DNA of 64,000 nt from Blasia pusilla (taxonomy: Eukaryota). The number at the start of each line of letters is the position of its first letter. Position 1 is the stretch's first letter. The translations under genes were made by a program, and so were the position numbers. The notes under the pieces were generated by a model. It worked only from the letters and a program-made list of their open reading frames with translations, made no database searches and had not been told where the DNA came from. The stretch covers positions 13,082,001 to 13,146,000 of the forward strand of contig CM114271.1 in the NCBI GenBank assembly GCA_050084515.1, in the 5' to 3' direction. Positions 1 through 13,077 of this stretch are shown one piece after another.

Positions 1-171
1 CTTTTTTCCCAATTATTTACAATTTCTAATTTTTGAGAAAATTAAAATAAATCTTCCCCCTTACTCTTCTTCCCTAAATTCTTTTCTTTCCCTAAATTTT
101 ATTTTATAAATTTCATTTTCTCTTTGTTTTTCTTTCAATTTCTAATTTTTATTAAAATAAATCTCCCCCCT

Positions 172-3100
172 TACAAAAGGCGTGTCCGTCGCAAGGAAAT
201 CTTAGTTCAACAAACACGTCGCAAAGATGAACTCCGACCTGAAACATCTCCAACGTAAGTTTACTACATCGACGTTCATTTAGCCTGTCCAATTTCCTGC
301 CAAATATTGACTTTTCATTTAATTTTGTAAGCTTTTAACATTCATAAGTTGTTGTAGACTTCCAATCCCATTGAATCCTGTCAATATACGTGACTTTCGG
401 AAGGTCCTACGTGGCGAAGCCCAAAAACGAAAGCGTGCTATTCGGGCTGATAGAATGGAAGCTCTCAAAGAAAAAAGGAGGAATTACTATCGAGAGTATA
501 GAAAAAGAAGGAAAGGGCTTAATGGTCGAGTTCAGCCTGAGAGTATTGCACCTATTCCATTAAATAGGTACCTATATCTAACTATTCACTTCATAACTAC
601 TTGATTTACTCCATATTTGATTTGTATTTATTCTTATCAATATTTTGACATATTTTCTCAGGCCTTCAAATGAAGATGGAATAATAGTAGAAGAAAATCA
701 AGAAGTGAGCGAACAATCGACGGATTATATTTATATATCGCCAAGACTCGTGTTAGTTGACAATGCATTTCATGAAGTTATCGAGAATACATCCACGATT
801 GGGCCACCACAAGTTGAGTTACCTACCACTCCTCCTATTCCAATTCAAGATGAAGTTGTCAAAAATTTGTCGACCGCTCTTCCTATTCAAGTTCAAGATG
901 AAGTTGTCGACAATTCGTCGACCACTCTTCCTATTCCTGTTCCAGATGAAGTTTTCAACAATTCGTCGACTTTTGCCCAACTCGGGGATGAATCAAGGTC
1001 AAGAGTAGATGCCATGTCTCCTAATGGAGTTTTGTTATCTCCACAACATGCCACTGTACCAAACACTTCTATAATTTGTGCATCGTCTGCCCTTGATAGA
1101 GTTGTAATATTAAATACAACTCTCAATCTTGCAAGGAGGCCAAATTTTCAAGAAAGTGATATTCGAAAGTTGCGATTACAAAGGAGTTTGAATCATACCA
1201 GCGGTCGTCATACATTAGGTTCTATGACATAGATATGTCCCTCATGCCGTGCTTTGCATTGGAAATTTGAAGTGGTCAAAGGTACTAAGTTTGGTGACTC
1301 ACCATATGGCATGTGTTGTGGCCATGGAAGAATATACTTACCTCTCTTGAGATCATCTCCTCCATTTCTGAAATCCTTGATTTTGGGTGTTGGTCCTAGA
1401 AGCGTTCATTTTCTTACACATGCTCGAGCTTATAATTCGGCACTTCAACTTGCATCTACCGGGGTACATGTAAACGAAAAAATTGGTGGCACTGGACACT
1501 TTAGGGTCCAAGGCGGGATCTATCATTCCATTGGACCTTTACATCCTGATATTGGGGGACATCCTCAATTTGCTCAACTATACATCCATGATACTGCAAA
1601 TGAATTGGAAAATCGTGCTAGAGTTATGTCTACATCTTCTATTCTTAATATGGATATTTTGAAAGGTCTCCAAGACATGTTACATGAATGCAATCCATAT
1701 GTGAAGATCTTTCGTCATATGGCATATGAAGCAAGTGATCTTATTGTGCGGATTATCCTCAAGGCAAGTAAGAGAGGACTCGATGCAAGGCGTTATAACT
1801 TACCAATTGCGTCTGAAGTTGCTGCTATTTTTCCGGGTGATGGAAGTGAACAAGTTGAGCATCATGATATAATTGTACGACTACATGGAGGAGGAGTCAA
1901 ACGTATATCCGACCTCAACGAAGCATATATTCCCTTACACTTTGTTTTGTTATTTATCTATGGTGAAGGAGGTTGGCATCCTGTAATACCCTTTGGGCCA
2001 ATTAAAGGTTGTAGGAAATCCCGACGATTGGGCCACATCATTCATGGAGAGGAGGGACATCTTGAACCTGCAGATGATTGCATGGATGAGGATATAGTTT
2101 ATGGTGATATTGTTGAGGAAAGAAGAACAAAATGTGTTACGGCCTTGCAATTTGCATGTTTTCGACTTCAAACTCGGGTTGGAGGAGAAGATGACAATCG
2201 CTTATTGCGGCTTCGTCGACTTACACAAGAATATATGTTTGACCTCTATGCCTCTGTGGAAATGCAACGATTATCATGGGTGCGCTTAAATTAGAAGGAG
2301 TTGATGGCTGAATTATATCAAGGTGTAAAGGATGCCATGCATCGACAAGATGCGGATAGCCGAAGGCTTGGGAAACGAATTATATTACCTTCTTCTTTTA
2401 CTCGAGGGCCACGTCATATGCATCAATTGTATTAGGATACAATGGAAATTGTACGATATTTTGGGAAGCCTGACTACTTCTTAACCATGACATGCAATCC
2501 AAAGTGGGAGGAGATTACTTCAGCCCTATTACCGGGACAATCAGCTGTAGACCGACCAGATTTGGTTGTGCGGGTTTTTGAGAAGAAAAAGAAGGAGTTG
2601 TTACGACTTATCATCAAGAAGCAGATATTAGGCCGAGTTGTAAGATGCATCCATGTGGTGGAATTCCAAAAAAGAGGATTACCGCATGTGCATGTCCTTA
2701 TTATTTTAGGTCGTGAGGATAAACCGCGTACCACAAGTGATTATGATCGTATCATTTCAGCTGAAATCCCTGATCAATCTACCCATCCAAGGTTGTATTC
2801 TACCGTTGCTAATTGCATGGTTCACAGTCCATGTGGACCATTAAATCCAAATGCTCCGTGTATGGATAAGGAAACAAAAAAATGTACAAAAGGCTATCCT
2901 AAAGCTTTTGCGGCCAACACTACCGAAACAGAAGATGGTTATCCGATATATCGTAGGTAAGGACCCTTTTATTTTTTAGGCATATGTATTCATGATTCCT
3001 TCTAATACATTCATTCATGATTAATTACGATTGTTATTGTATTTTTGTAGATTGGAGAATGGAAGGGCGATAATTAAGAGCGAACATTCATTGGATAATC

Positions 3101-6100
3101 GTTGGGTTGTACCTTACAATCCGATGTTATGCACCCTATTTGATTGTCACATTAATTTGGAGATTAAAAGTAGTGTTTCTGCTGTCAAGTACTTATACAA
3201 ATATGTTTATAAAGGATCTGATGACGGGTCATTTAAGTTGTCAAAGGATATGGATACATCCAATGTAATCGAAGTTATTGACGAGACAACGTCATATCTT
3301 GATGCGAGGTATGATTTTATGGATTGACTTCTCTGATGCATTATATTTTATTTCTCAACTTCATGTAATTATGGGAGAGTCCTTCTCATGTAATTTCTCA
3401 CTCAAATACTTGGAATTCTCATTATTCCAGATATATATCTTCTTCGGAAGCATGTTGGCGTCTCTTTAAGTTTAGTCTACATGCTGAACTTCCAAGTATC
3501 GTACGACTAGCAGTCCATCTTCCAGAACAACAATTAGTCTACTTCAATGATGTTGACGCTCCTGGAGATATTTTGCAACTAAAAAGAGAGACAACATTGA
3601 CCCAATGGTTTGTAACCAATCTATCTGACTCCAGTGCTCGAAAATATCTATACATAGATTTTCCTTCTTATTATCGTTGGAGTAACAAGAGATGGATTCG
3701 TAAGGTACAAAAACAAAATGGTTGTGGCCATCCCATTGGTCGCTTATACCTTACTCATCCAGGTAAATGCTCACAACTTCTTTGTACATAATTCCTTTTA
3801 TATTCCACCTCTAAAGCAGTGTATCTATATGTTGGGATAAACTCATTTAGTTTAATTCCTCATAGGTGAAGGAGAACGTCATTGGTTGAGATTACTTCTC
3901 CATCATGTTCGAGGAGCAACTACGTATGAATGTTTAAGAACTGTTAATGGGATATTATGTCCAACATTCAAGGAGGCTTCTATCCAATTGGGACTTCTTG
4001 AGGATGATAGGGAAGTGTTCTCTTGCTTTGAAGAAGCTTCTACAATTCGTACAGGTTCTTCACTTCGTCGCCTATTTGCAATTATTCTAGCGTACAACAC
4101 ACATGCTCAACTTGCAACACTTTGGAGTCAATTCTTGGTTCCAATGGTAGAAGATCTCTTATATGAACGGCGTCTGGTAAGAATTCATTAATACCCTTGC
4201 ATATTTTTTTTATTCTTAATAGTATCTTCTATTGAGCATTCAACAGTCTAAAAAATTTTGGGTTATCGTCCTATTTTGTAGAAAATTGGAATTCCTAATC
4301 TTCCCGTTGAAGATGCAATGGTTAATACTGCATTGTTGGAAGTCCATTATTATTTACAAGATCAAGGAAAAAGACTGTCAGACTTTCCAGACATGCCCCA
4401 ACCTGACTTCCAACGACTTCAATCAAATTCATATTTGGAGGAACAAGAGCTTTTGTATGATACGGAAGAACTATTTGAGCAAGTGCAATTAGGAGAAGCA
4501 TGTCTAAATGAAGGACATCGTATTATTTGGGATGCTATACATGATGAGCTTGATAAAATATGCTTGGATGCTCCACCTTCTCCAAAAGTATTTTTCATCG
4601 ATGGCCCAGGTGGAACGGGAAAAACATTTTTATATAATCTTCTTCTTGCAAGTGTAAGGAGTGCAAGAGGTATAGCTTTGGCTGTGGCGTCATCTGGAAT
4701 AGCTACTCTATTGTTAGACGGAGGACGTACTACACATTCGCGATTTAAAATCCCCATCAATCTTCATGAGAGCTCTACTTGCAAGTAAGTGTCAATTCTG
4801 ATGATGCAAAAATTTTAATTTCCTCCAATTCTGGTGGCACAAGTTCTAATTTACTCCCCTTTTCTTACTGTAGTTTGTCGGTTAATAGTGATGGAGCGCA
4901 CTTAATCCGTGATGCAATGCTTATTATATGGGATGAAGCTCCTATGGCTCATCGTCACGCATTTGAGGCTGTAAATCGGACTTTACAAGATATTATGGGA
5001 GTTGTTTCTGATGAACACCGAAAATTACCATTTGGTGGAAAACTTATGGTATTTGGTGGTGATTTTCGTCAAGTGTTGCCTGTTGTTCGTCATGGGGATC
5101 GGCCGCAAATCATCCAAGCCACCATAAAGAGGTCATCTCTTTGGTCTAATGTAAAGGTCATGAAGTTGACTACAAACATGCGAGTTCAGAGGTTGGAAGG
5201 TCACTTGCGTAGTGAACAACAAACTTTTGCTGATTGGTTATTAGAAGTGGGAGAGGGTCGTGTATCTTTGCATCCACATTTGGGAGAAAATTTTATACAA
5301 TTACCATCTGAAATTGTTATTAGAAGTAATAAGATATGTGATCTTATTGATTTGATATATCAAAATTTTCCATCCGAATTCAATGACATTGATTTCTTGA
5401 GAGATACGGCAATTTTGACTCTAAGAAATCAAGATGTAGATGACATAAATGCAAGCGTAATGTCGCGGTTTCCAGGAGAGGTAATCCCTTTAACTTTTAT
5501 AAAAGAGTTATTCAATTACAAGTTTGGATATTAATATTACATTTTCTTACAAACTCATTATATTTTTTGTACATGAGCAAATTTACCTCGGCGTCGACTC
5601 TATTCCAAACGAGGGGATGACTCATATATATCCAACTGAATTTTTGAACACATGCTTGCCTTCGGGACTTCCTCCGCACCGATTGTGTTTGAAGATTGGG
5701 GCCCCAATCATGCTGTTACGAAACATGAATGGAGCACATGGACAAGCAAACGAGACAAGATTGGTGATTCGTGGATTTATGCAACATTGCATAGATGCTG
5801 AAATTATCACAGGGAAGAATATTGGAGATCGAATTTTTGTTCCACATATCCCATTGATTGCATCAGATTCATGTTTGCCATTTGATTTGCGTAGGTTTCA
5901 ATTCCCTATTCGACCGGCTTGTGCTATGAATATCAATAAGTCCCAAAGTCAAACTTTGCAAAAGGTGGGCATTTACTTGCCTACTCCAATAATTTTTCAT
6001 GGCCAATTATATGTAGCATTACCTAGAATAGGGAAGCGATGAACATTAAAATAAAGAAAATGATTATACACTAAATATAATATATAAAATTTTTTTGAAA

Positions 6101-6110
6101 ATAAATATTT
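172..6110 (+). mobile_element. Helitron copy 1: intron-containing RepHel (HUH/Y2 Rep plus PIF1-type helicase), pseudogenised; termini not seen
   Basis: Zn-finger-like CPSC...CCGHG, TCNPKW, HUH motif EFQKRGLPHVH, NCMVHSPCG, NRWVVPYNP, Y2 motif KYLYKYVYKG, Walker A GPGGTGKT, DEAPM, GDFRQ, PSGLPPH..LKIGAPIMLLRN, HGQLYVAL. The ORF pieces join through about 8 GT-AG introns (donors near 254, 568, 2957, 3309, 3763, 4177, 4786, 5481). In-frame TAG stops at 1230, 2292 and 2433. Confidence 0.95.
849..972 (+). repeat. 48-bp (16-aa) tandem repeat, about 2.6 copies, in the Helitron N-terminal coding region
   Basis: Translates as DEVVKNLSTALPIQVQ / DEVVDNSSTTLPIPVP / DEVFNNSSTF. Confidence 0.8.
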
Positions 6111-6565
6111 AAAAATCAGATAAGAAATTTTTTATCCTATTTACATCTTTCATGGCAGGATAGTTTCTTGATTTGCAAGAGCACGACACGTACACCAAGA
6201 AAAAAATTTAATGCCAGGTTGCAGACGGTCACTCTGTTGAGTAAAATTCAACAACCGTCACGATTAATGATTCTTTCGTGGAAACTGCGGTCAGGTTGCA
6301 ACAGGTTCCAACGGATCGATCTAGCCGCGCCTCGTGCAAGTAGTCAACTCGTTGTCCATTAAGTATCTGAGCGTCTGCTCCGGCGCGCTGAACCAGATCT
6401 GAGTTTCCGCGGCCATCCGCGCAGAACAGACACTCAAGAAATCGGGTATTCATAGTTGGACTTGGTCAGGCTTGTTGTCTTACACTTGACCTTGTAGTTT
6501 TGTGAGTTGACCACCTCGAGCTTCGAAAATTCGACACTGCGTGTAGCTTCTCTGGGCAGGAAACA

Positions 6566-9500
6566 ATGTTCGGAAAGCGCAATCTGCGAGCCGTTGCTGC
6601 CATTGGCATCTCTTGCTCGTTTCTGTCACTGGCCATCCTTGTTGTACTTACTAGGCAATTTGCTGGTGAGAACTACGTCAACATACCTTCTCCATTCTCC
6701 ATAATTAGCTGGAGGGAGCAATTCGACAAGCGCATCCAATTTGCTGATGATCGATCCAAAGTGAGCGCCTGCACGTCAGCCTACGTGAACTGTATTTATC
6801 ATGAATAGCAATTCTCTTTCTTAGGATCTTACTTCGATCCGTATTTGGGATGGTCGGACAGGATTACAATTACGTGTACGGAAAAATATGGAATCATGTG
6901 GAGAGAGTTGAGAGGATGCGACCCTATGCGGCTCCAACAAGAAATCATTCTAGTACGATCCTCTCAAAGCTCAAGCTGGAAGACTGCGCGTCGCTTGATG
7001 CAATTAGAATGGAATCTTTGCAAATTAATCTTGATTAATATTGAGTAATCCACCGCTGACGATGAGTGCAGAACCTTGCTGCACCGTCCCTCCGCGCTAG
7101 ACATAAAAGAGTAATGACCCATTAGAGCCGTACCCTTTTAGTAAGGGCGTCGAGCCGAATATTTATGGCGATCCATCTCCATGTAGTGCCAGTTTCTTAC
7201 ACATGAGTGTCTTCCAGCTTCGATTTCCAGGCAAGCAAATGGTTATCTTACGGCGGAGATCTTGGGAGAATTCCATGACATTCGGTCGTCGGTAAGCTCT
7301 CGAAGCTTAACTCCTGTCTTTTATGATGCTGAAGGTGTACGCTCTAGGGCGAAACGCACCTTTTTAGTTTCCATTTCATGTTTGCTCCCCCTTTCGTGGT
7401 CTTAGCGGTGATAGTAAGCTGTACGTAAAAGATAGTGTGATCTTCCACTTCTCTGCTCCATTCTCACTATCTTTTCCTCATGCAGGTTTGTGACCTGGTA
7501 GTCATATGTAAACTTTTGAATACCACGCTTGTCATTCCCCGACTTCGAGAAGTATCTGAGTCCGAAGGCATCAGGTTTGATCCTTGCTTTCAGCGCGAAA
7601 CTTGCATGTGTAGTTCACTTACCTTTTGGCTGTCTTTGTGAGGTCGGAATCGCTTTGAACACAAAATGGACGTCATCCACTATGCCAAAACCGCCATCTC
7701 AAAACTTAAACAAAAGACAAGCATGAAAACTCGGGTATTTTATCCGAGAGAAAGGCGTAAGCTCAATCGACTACTACATCTCTTTTAACAATGCCTCTTG
7801 AAACTTTATGTTCACTCCTGGGAGAATCAATCTTACAAATCTTCTTAACAGATTTCTTTAGATTTCACATGTTTGGACGGGATTTGCTTGCAATAAAATT
7901 TCCAACATGATGAAGGGTCACTTTTTGAAGGAACTTCCAGCTAAATGCTGATCCTTTTAGCAGCTCTAAATACAAGGGTTTCGACTACATCTACGACACG
8001 GAGCACTTCATAGCAGCGCTTGCAAGTGATGTACATATTATCGAGACACTCCCGGGGACGCTGAAGGATTTTGTATCCAGACATCCCCCCAGATTAGCAA
8101 CAGTGGACTATTATCAGACAAAGATCCTTCCAAAGGTCCAAGAGGGCGGCACTGTCGAACTTATTATATCTGAAGGTGGTGCGTTGCAGGTACTTCAAAA
8201 TTTTCACTAAACCCGTGGTTGACTACGCTTCATTTCAATACAACAGTAAGGAAATTGTGTAGTCTGAACTTCTTGAACTTGACACTTCTATTCTCCAGTC
8301 CGACTTTCAGGAAATCCGAAGATCATGTTTCCAGTTGTAATCTTCCAGTCACTGCATGAAGAAGCCGATTTCATTGTCGGATAAACGAGAAAACTAAGTC
8401 GTTGCACATTGCGAAGGCTTTGGATGTTGATGCTGTTTAAAATATGGGATGTTCCACAGAATGTCTTTCCATCCGATATGCTAGAATATCAAAGACTACG
8501 CTGTCGTGTCGCGTTTCATGCACTTCGCTTTCGGCGCGATATTCAAGATCTCGGATTACGGATGGTCAAAAGGTATGATCTGCCTTTGCCGAGACGTGAC
8601 CGGCAACATATCCTTCTCATTTTCTCTGAATCAAGAAGTCAAGTGTTCCTCTGTTTCTTTAGCCAAATTCGCCACAAAGGGAAGATATCTGATTAATGGG
8701 GTTAACCCATAGCAGCTACTGCTACTCAACATCGTGGATTTAATGGTTCATTATGAGGCCTGACTACCTTCACAAGCTGAAGTATGAAACCGGAAGAAAT
8801 TATCTATCACAGATTACATGCCTTCGGACAGCCATACTTGGCTGTGCACTTGGGTCTCGACAGAGATACACTTGCTTACCACGGATGTGCCGACCTATTT
8901 CAGGTGACTTAGCAATTATCTCCGATAAAGTGCAGTACAAGAATTCAGGACGTAATATGAACACCGCGGATGTCCTTCTAAATCATATCTTTGTTATGGC
9001 AATAGATTGCACAATGGATATTTTTATGTAGAGTCCTCACGAGCGATTAAACGAAAAGTTCAAATCTACCAAAGGAATTTTCGACCAAGTAGACCAACAC
9101 AACCTTCACGAAGTGTTTACCTGGAGAACTTGTCGATCAAGATTTCTCAGATCCTAATGGAAAATTTATGTCATGCGCTGATCAGGATGTTCAGACCGAA
9201 AGCATTCAACGCCAACGAGAAGCCATGGTAGAAGAGGGCCGCGGAGTAGGGCTCGCTGTGGAATCCGAGAAGCAACTCCGACAGGGAAATTGCCCAGTCA
9301 TGCCTGCAGCTGTAAGAATCGGATGTTATCCTGAAGAGCATCGCACTAGTAATATTTTGTATTGCCTAGTACTGCTGTGTTTGAACCCTTCTTGCTGTGA
9401 GTTTCTGCAATTGCGGTTGCTACGCTTTGTAGCTTTATACGTTTATCTGTGTGGTTCTCCATTCAATAATCTTTCAGTCTTACACATGTGATCACCGGAG

Positions 9501-10806
9501 TAAGTAGGGAGACTACCCAAGGTATGACGGACTATTCAACAAGAGATGAGGATGCATAGGCGAAATTTTCCAGCAGATGTGGAGGTTTGGCGTTTTTCCC
9601 GCCATGCCGACACTGCCGAGAAATATTTGACAGAAATTAGGATGGTGCACTTACAATCTCATCAGTGGATTATTCAAGCGCTGACGGTGTGTTTAATTAA
9701 CTAGTTGGCACTTGGTAATTGCACTGAGTTTAGGTAGCCGTTCTTCTGGAAGCGCTTGGTTTCGAGAAGGACACTCGCATTTTCATCTCGGGAACTGAAC
9801 TTGTCGGGGGTCAACGTTTACTCCTACCTTTCCGCGCTATGTTCCAAAACATGGAGGATCGGACAACATTGAGCACGGTCCATGAACTTTCTGTTTTGTA
9901 TGGTCTTGAAGATCCCGTCCCTTTTTATCCGCGTCCAGCGATCAAAATAGAGGACGAGAAACGCAGACTACTCGAGTGGGAGAACGCAGGCCCACGGCCA
10001 CGGCCACAGCCGCCTCCACCAGCTCGAGCGAAGCTTGAGTATGAAGTCGAAGGATGGTGGGGATGGATTGGTGAGACAGAGAAGGAGACACCTCCAAGTT
10101 TCATGGCCAAAAGAGAACGTGGTCACAAATTGATTTGGGCCGCTTTAGACTACATCGTCAGTCTAAATGCGGATGCATTTTTCCCTGCTTTTGAGAGGGA
10201 CAAGCATGGTGGTCCTAATCTTGCAAGCCTTATCATGGGCCATCGAACGTATGCGTCGCCGACATTGAAGACATACCGTCCCGACAGGTAGCATTTTCAC
10301 ATCTTGCAATTTCTCCCTGCACGTTTAATTTCATTCTCTAGAAGACCGTGAGAATCAAGCGTTGATCTTCTTAGTGTGTACCGATCAGACTGTCTACTGC
10401 TGCATTGTTAAACTACATTCCGTGATTGTACCTGAAAGTATCCTCAGGTCATGGCAAAACTATATGATGCAGGTGGCAAGATTTATCTGCTTTCAAACTC
10501 ACTGGTTTCCTTCCGCTCTTTGACAGGCGATTACTGGGCAGATTTCTTAACATTCTTCCAGAAGATGAACTCTACCACCCAAACGAGGACTGGAAAACCT
10601 CTGTACCAAGAGATCTCAACGACACCCTTGGAGTGGAAGGACTTGAGACTGCATCCCGCATTATGAAGCCAACTTCCTTCATCTCCCATCCGATACCTGA
10701 GTGTGTGTGCGAAATTCACAAAGACGAGATCGTTACGGAGTTGCAGGGAGTGGTTGCACAGGAAGATGGCAGTAGAAGTTTCCTGGCAGATATTGAGAGT
10801 TCTTGA
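6566..10806 (+). CDS. EDA30: O-fucosyltransferase-family (DUF246-type) Golgi glycosyltransferase, EDA30/OFUT27-like; 10 exons: 6566-6760, 6862-6952, 7218-7291, 7486-7574, 7961/7964-8189, 8460-8572, 8813-8903, 9186-9311, 9734-10287, 10527-10806
   Basis: N-terminal transmembrane anchor. The spliced translation gives NGYLTAEILGEFHDIRSS-VCDLVVICKLLNTTLVIP, EYQRLRCRVAFHALRF, PYLAVHLGLDRDTLAYHGCADLFQ-DVQTE, AGPRPRPQPPPP, ALDYIVSLNADAFFP, TYRPDR and SFISHPIPECVC, which match remembered EDA30-clade motifs. GT-AG junctions are in phase. Confidence 0.88.
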
Positions 10807-12684
10807 GTTGATGAAACAGATCCCATCACTGCAGCAGCAGCCCGATGACTAGTGAAGGCAATCATCATTCTGGATCTGTGAACGAGTCAGATTAGTCGCA
10901 TGATCTTCACCGAAGGCGTCAGGCGAGATTCGGCTGAGTGAATCGATCGTTTTCACAAAGAACTTGAAATGCCAATTGGCGCGCTCGAACGTGGGGCAGA
11001 GGAGAGGGCAAAGGGACAATGAGCCATTTTCGTCGCAGGGTTCGATCGAGGGCTCGGCTGATTTGAAGCTACGTCTCTTCTCAGATTGGAGGCATGATTA
11101 GAGCCATGGGTGAAATGTTATTTCGGCTGAGTGGCCCAAAAGAGGAAAAAAAACATCTCCTCATGGCGCCAGCGTTATTAAGCGATAAATCAGACCTAAT
11201 GCTTAATGCCTAAGAAGATAAATTGGGAAACACCCCTCCAAGGAGCCCCTACTGATAGGTCATGTCCATTTAAAGTTTAGGCTAGAATTTGGACGTGAAG
11301 GTTGAAATGGGGGCCGAAAAGGAGTACTGGTTTTCCTAGATCCTTTTTTTCCATGATAATCTTTTTAATATTGAATGCATTTTTTGTTAATACTTGTTCC
11401 ATACCTATTCCAATCTTCTCTATCTAAGATTCAATTTGTTATGTCTTGAACTTGAAATTTGCCTCTTTCTTTTTGCCATATCTGTTGGGATTTGCTAGTA
11501 TGTGCCAAAGTGAGGGATCTTGGGCCTCCTCCTTTCTTGAATTTGGTCATAAATTCCTAAACGCAATTTCACATTTTTATTTTTTTTTATGATATAAATT
11601 TCGGTTACAATTGCATTAAGGGGTGTCTCTTTTGTTGCAGTTGGTTAGATGTTATGCCTAAAATTACGACCTCATCCCTTCATATCAATCATCAATGGCT
11701 TTCACTTACTTCTCACATCATTCGTTTTGGTTTTTCAAGTTTCCTTCACTACATTCTCCTTGAGCATCAATTTCATATGTGTTTGGTTTTGTTATGATCA
11801 CCTTGCCGAACTAGTTCTTTTCATAGGGAGTGGATTTTCTAGTTTCTCTTCCTTCTCAATTGGGTTTTTTTGAACCGGTTTAATTTTTGTGAATCCCTCC
11901 CTTACATTTTTCAATTTTATACCTTAGTACTTTGCCCTTGCCTACATTTGTCAACTCTTTAAAGAAATTCTAGATTTATTCTCAAGCTACATACTTTGAT
12001 GCCATGTAGATCGCTTCTTATTCTTTCCCAATTTTAACTTAGTTTTATTCTTCTTGAAGTGATTTCAATGAAAAATTCTCCTTTTTCTGATAGTAACTCT
12101 ATCCTTCTAAATCTTTGTGAATGGATGACATTCCTCTGATTGTGGTTCTTATCTTAGCGCTTTCATTATGTTCTTACTTGTTTTGAATGACATGTCTTTA
12201 TTTGGTTCAATGGACATGGAGTTGGGCAATCCATCTCGTCTCTTTTTTGGTTTTATACGCCCTCCTAGCTTCAACTGTAACCTCTCTGTCGTAGAGTTCA
12301 ACCTCTAATCCTCCGGACGTCCTGGCTTATCCGCAAAGATATCCCAACCTTGAGTGTTGCAAGCAAAAGGCTTAGCTTGAATGTGAAAGACCTAACCAAT
12401 CTTGCAATCCATCACCAAGTCGAGAAAGACATCCAATATTAAACAATTCCAAGTCATTCAAGGTGCATACTCTCCCCATAGGAAGCCTCTTCCCCAAACC
12501 TTCACAGATCTACCTAACTAAGTCACTCACCTAAACCGAGGCAGGGCAATTAATTCCTAAAGGTACATCTTAAACGGTTTCGGTCCTTGGCTCAAACCTC
12601 AGACACTAGAAGAAAACTATGGTTTTTATGCCTCTACTATTAATGACTTAAGCACGAAATAACTAAAAGTATGACATTATGTCA

Positions 12685-13077
12685 TCATAAGGTCCAAAAA
12701 AATTTGCTTAAAATAGCATCCATATCCTCATAAGTTTGGCGAGGGATAAGGAAAGCGAAATGAATCTCTTCAAATACCTCCCTGTGTACAAGAAGTGTCA
12801 AGTGAGCCCTTGTATAATTTTTTTGGTGACCTTTCCTTGAGTTCTCCATTTGCAAATTCAACATCTTCGATAAATACATTAGACCCTCCTCTTTAGACGC
12901 AAAAAGTCTATAAGCGGCATGGAGTAACCAATCCAGCTTTTCCCTTCCTTTCAAGAATCTATTTTTAGGCTTCTCCAAACTTTGGAACATGTTTGGTAAT
13001 TCCCTTGGTAACTGATCCAATAGTCCAATTGGAATCATTGGATCCTTGTTTGTACACTCCGATGTCAAATTGAGCAC
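12685..13077 (-). pseudogene. Decayed DNA-transposase-like fragment
   Basis: LQMENSRKGHQKN ... VFEEIHFAFLIPRQTYEDMDAILSKF resembles the LQLDNCxxENKN ... FLxxGHTHEDIDxxFS motif pair of a eukaryotic transposase-like family. The superfamily is not established. Confidence 0.45.

Noticed and set aside
7908-7951. Intronic C/D-box snoRNA (atgatga...ctga)
   Set aside because: Only about 44 nt, no terminal stem, and the ctga sits at the expected branch-point position.
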